64,000 nucleotides of DNA from Vicugna vicugna. Lineage: Eukaryota. Made by a program: the position numbers and the translations under genes. The stretch lies in NCBI GenBank assembly GCA_013265495.1, contig MU058221.1, positions 5,130,066-5,194,065 on the forward strand. The letters run 5' to 3'. The notes beneath the pieces were generated by a model, which ran no database searches, was not told where the DNA came from, and was given only the letters and a program-made list of their open reading frames with translations. This document shows, piece by piece, positions 60,823 to 64,000 of this stretch (positions within the stretch are counted from its first letter, which is position 1; each line of letters opens with the position of its first letter).

Positions 60823-62015
60823 GGTTTCTTTACCCATCCAGCGGCTGCACTGCTCACAGGCCTGGGCAGGGGCTCTGTACCCTCCACGCTGTCGACCGCT
60901 CTTGGGGAAGGTGGTCCTGAACTGCAGAAAGTACCAGGCTGCGGATCCCTCCCTGCCAAGCCCGAGGGCAGTAGAGCCGATGGCAAGAACCCGGCCACTG
61001 GACCAGCCAGGGCCTGGGCCCACGTGTCTGTGGTTGGCAAGCAAAATGTGTTAGGGCCTGGCATCCAGTAGTTGCTTAAAGATGGTAAAGAAAAACTAGT
61101 CAACATCTCCCTCCCCCTGCAATCTTTAGTCAACCTTAGAATCCCAAGAGCTTTCTTTAACTTCGTTGCAAAAAATCACTTTTAACATTTTAAGTCAAAA
61201 GGGACTTGCAGGTCCTTCCTCATATCCCCTGCTATGGAGTCAAACGTCGAAGCAGACTCTGAGCAGGGTAGGAGGTGTGAAACGGTCAGGTCAGCTCTGC
61301 ACTACTTAAAGGCCCAGAAAGGGCTTCAAGCCCTTGAGGCGGATTTGGACAGCGCTTGGCGTCCCTGCTCGGAAACAGCAGCGGGCACTCAGGACCTCCC
61401 TGGCGGGGCAGGGGCTTCTTCACATCCTTTGCCTAGAGAGCGCCGTCCTGGATCAGGTCCTCTCCAACTCTCCAGAACAGACTACAAACATGCAAATTAG
61501 AATTCTTTTAATAGATATAAAAAAAAATACTAAAATACCCACGTAGTTCTGCTGTGTTATTTGCCCTAAAGAAAGGGGGCAGAGCGAAGAATCCCAGGGC
61601 AGCTCAGTGGACCCAAAAATGGGCCTTTCCACCGACTAAGAGTGCTTACCCCTGCCCCCCGACTTTCTCTCTCTTGCTGTTCCCAGCCCCCAATTCCTGC
61701 AGCAGGAAACCCCAGTGGTCTGGCTTTGGCACTGGGGAGTAGAAGGCACCTGAAGGGCTGGCTGGGTGAATGAGGATACGTGACCTTTAAACGTAAAAAC
61801 AACACTGTGGTGTGGGGAGCAGGCTGTGCTCGGGCAGTGCCAGGGCCTGCTCCTCTATGGCACAGGTGGGTGTGGGATGGCCACTCCTCCAGAAGTGAGG
61901 AAGCCTGCGTCCCAACAGAATACTTTCTCAGGATTGTTTTTTGGTACAAAATAAATGCAAAGGAGCGACAGGGTGGGGGAGCTGCGGAGGCCGGACCAGC
62001 CATCCTCCCCAGACC

Positions 62016-63414
62016 TCAGATCATGGCGACGCTCTCAGGGGCACAGTTGAGGTGTGTGGAGGCGCTGCTGCTCCCGGAGGACTTGCAGGCCCGGCCGGGG
62101 GCAGGCTGCAGCGCAGCCACCAGTGTCTCTGAGGAGACTGCCCCGAACTCGTAGCTGAAGGTACCGCAGAAAATGAGGATGTCGATGACATAGACCCACT
62201 CACACAGGGCTGCCCCGTGCTGCAGCTGGGAGCTCTCGTGGATGAAGAAGACACCGTCTGGGAGGGGGCTAAGGAAACGTTCAGTAGGATGTGCAGGAGG
62301 CTGGGGATAGCCTTTCTGCTCCCCAGGTATGTGACTAGGCCGGGGCAGAGGACCAGGCCTCGCCTACCAGGAGGGGAAGCAGAAGACCACACTGGGCAGG
62401 GGTGACCGCCCTCCACCCCCTCATCTTGGGCGGGAGGGGGCTGGGCCACAGGACTTGTTCCTGGCTGCCCTGTCCTGGAAGGATACTGAGGATCAGAGTG
62501 ACAAAGGCGATAGCTGCCAGCAGGATCCGCAGGTAGGCCACAGCCAGGTCCTGGGGGGCAGTGGCCCCATGGTAGGAGAGGGCAGAGTGCAGGCAGACAA
62601 AGAGCAGCCCGGTGGTGAAGGCCACGCCAGTTCCCACGTAGTGCAGAGACTTAGCGTGATCCACCTGGGCCCAGACGGGGCTGATCTGTGAAGCAGCCCT
62701 ACTCCCCACCCCCTTCACACCACCTGTCCTCCCCTCTTCTCCCGTCTTTCCCTCCCAGGCCCTCCCGTCCCCACTCCAACCTTGACAGGCTTCCCCTGCC
62801 ACGAGTCAACCCTCAGGAAACGGAGGGTCCCTGCAGACAGCTCAGCCCTGTTAGGGGGAGTTCAAGAGGCAGCCAGGTGGGGCACACCTGAAAGTTGCCG
62901 ACTACCACAAGGCCCGCGGCGTTGGTGCAGCCTGTGATGAGCGTCGTGGTGTTAACCCAGGAATGACGATTCTGCTCCAGGAGCTGCCCATAGCGCAGGA
63001 GGCAGATCAGGACCACTGGGGGAGGAGAGCACAGGTGGGGCTGGCACCTTCCTCTGGCCCTGACCCAGCCGGGCTAGCCCGCCAGCTTCCCCCCAGATAC
63101 ACTGAGGGCCGGAAGGGAACAGAAGGGCAGGCGGGGAACTGGGCTTCCGCAGGCTTGGGGCAGCAGGGCGGCTGTGTGGGAGCCAGCCTTTGGCCTTCGA
63201 GGAACAAGAGAGAAGTGGCCAGTCTAGCCTTAGCGCTTAGTGGGGTGGGCTGGGCGAGGCCAGGGCTTCCTGGGCCTTTCCGGGGACTAGGTGTGACGGT
63301 GGGCTGGACTGGGCTGGGGGGGAGGGGTGCTGAGAGCACAACTCACCCATGAAAGCACCCATGTTGCCAATGAGGCTGAAGAGGCAGCTCTCTGGAGGGT
63401 ATGTGCCGCACTTG
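62016..63414 (-). CDS. TMEM150A: Transmembrane protein 150A (DRAM/TMEM150 family), last four coding exons only; the 5' part lies beyond the window
   Basis: Exons 63347-63414 ([22 protein letters not shown]), 62888-63015 ([14 protein letters not shown]...GNFQ), 62487-62664 ([11 protein letters not shown]...) and 62016-62257 ([20 protein letters not shown]...PESVAMI*). Phases are consistent. Minus-strand ATTAAA at 61507-61512. Confidence 0.95.
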
Positions 63415-63739
63415 CTGAGAGGAGGGGGCGAGGACAGAGTGAGGCAGAGGCCGGAGCACTGGAAGGCCCCCGTTCTGGCCCACCTGCTCTCCTGTGCCTT
63501 ATCTGCGCCTGTTCCCCAGCAGGCAAGCCACTGATGTGTGAGAAAGGCCAGTGTCCCTCACAAACACTTGGCCCTAGGCTGGCCGCACCCATCCCCCTCA
63601 AGGCAGAGCTCGTGTGTATCGGGTTAGGGAGTGCCCAGGATGGCTCAGCACACCTCGACACTTCTTGGACTCCCTGAGACTGTCGAGGCCTGCAGCTAGT
63701 CTGGCTTTTCTTAAGCCAGAACCTGGGCAGGGCAATCAG

Positions 63740-63930
63740 AGGAGCCTGAACTTAAATCCAGGTGCCTCTACTTATAGCTTAGTGACCTGGATGGACGACA
63801 TAGCTCGGTCTCAGTTTCCCTGCCTATAAAATGGTGAAACAACAGCTGCCTCAATGCTGGGAGAATTAAATGACCTTATGTATGTAAAGCATTCAGCACA
63901 ACGTCTGGCACATAGTAATTGGGAAGTAGT
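63740..63930 (+). mobile_element. MIR SINE in a TMEM150A intron
   Basis: tctcagtttccctgcctataaaatgg...gagaattaaatga...tatgtaaagcattcagcacaacgtctggcacatagtaa. Confidence 0.75.
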
Positions 63931-64000
63931 ATTGTAATTAAGTGCTCTTGAGAGAATTATTATTCCTGTGACTCAGGGACAGGCCTTTGCTTGAGGGCCT

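Noticed and set aside
60255..61133. 292-aa minus-strand ORF
   Set aside because: It is antisense to RNF181 exons 4-5, low-complexity P/G/S/A-rich, and has no recognisable domain; expected by chance in GC-rich DNA.

Overview
Mammalian genomic DNA, most likely camelid (alpaca, llama or camel). This is inferred from seven copies of a tRNA-Ala(AGC)-derived SINE resembling Vic-1 and from not seeing Alu, B1/B2 or Bov-tA elements. The window carries the conserved gene block MAT2A(+) - GGCX(-) - VAMP8(+) - VAMP5(+) - RNF181(+) - TMEM150A(-, 3' exons only). Exons were traced by hand using GT-AG boundaries and give intact proteins of 395, 758, 100, 116 and 153 aa. The first ~15 kb and 37-44 kb are repeat-rich (L1, L2, MIR, MER20, MER33, Charlie-type, SINEs). 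The most striking non-coding system is the MAT2A SAM-sensing module: six 3'UTR hairpins carrying the METTL16 nonamer UACAGARAA, plus the detained last intron. This module is already described and is not new. Less-described candidates are a consensus cryptic donor/decoy exon inside the detained intron, a UGUA cluster with a proximal ATTAAA between hairpin 1 and hairpins 2-6, antisense poly(A) signals inside the hairpin cluster, and a CpG-rich patch inside GGCX suggestive of GC-biased gene conversion. I found no convincing wholly novel gene system. Repeat boundaries and family names are approximate and come from memory of consensus sequences.
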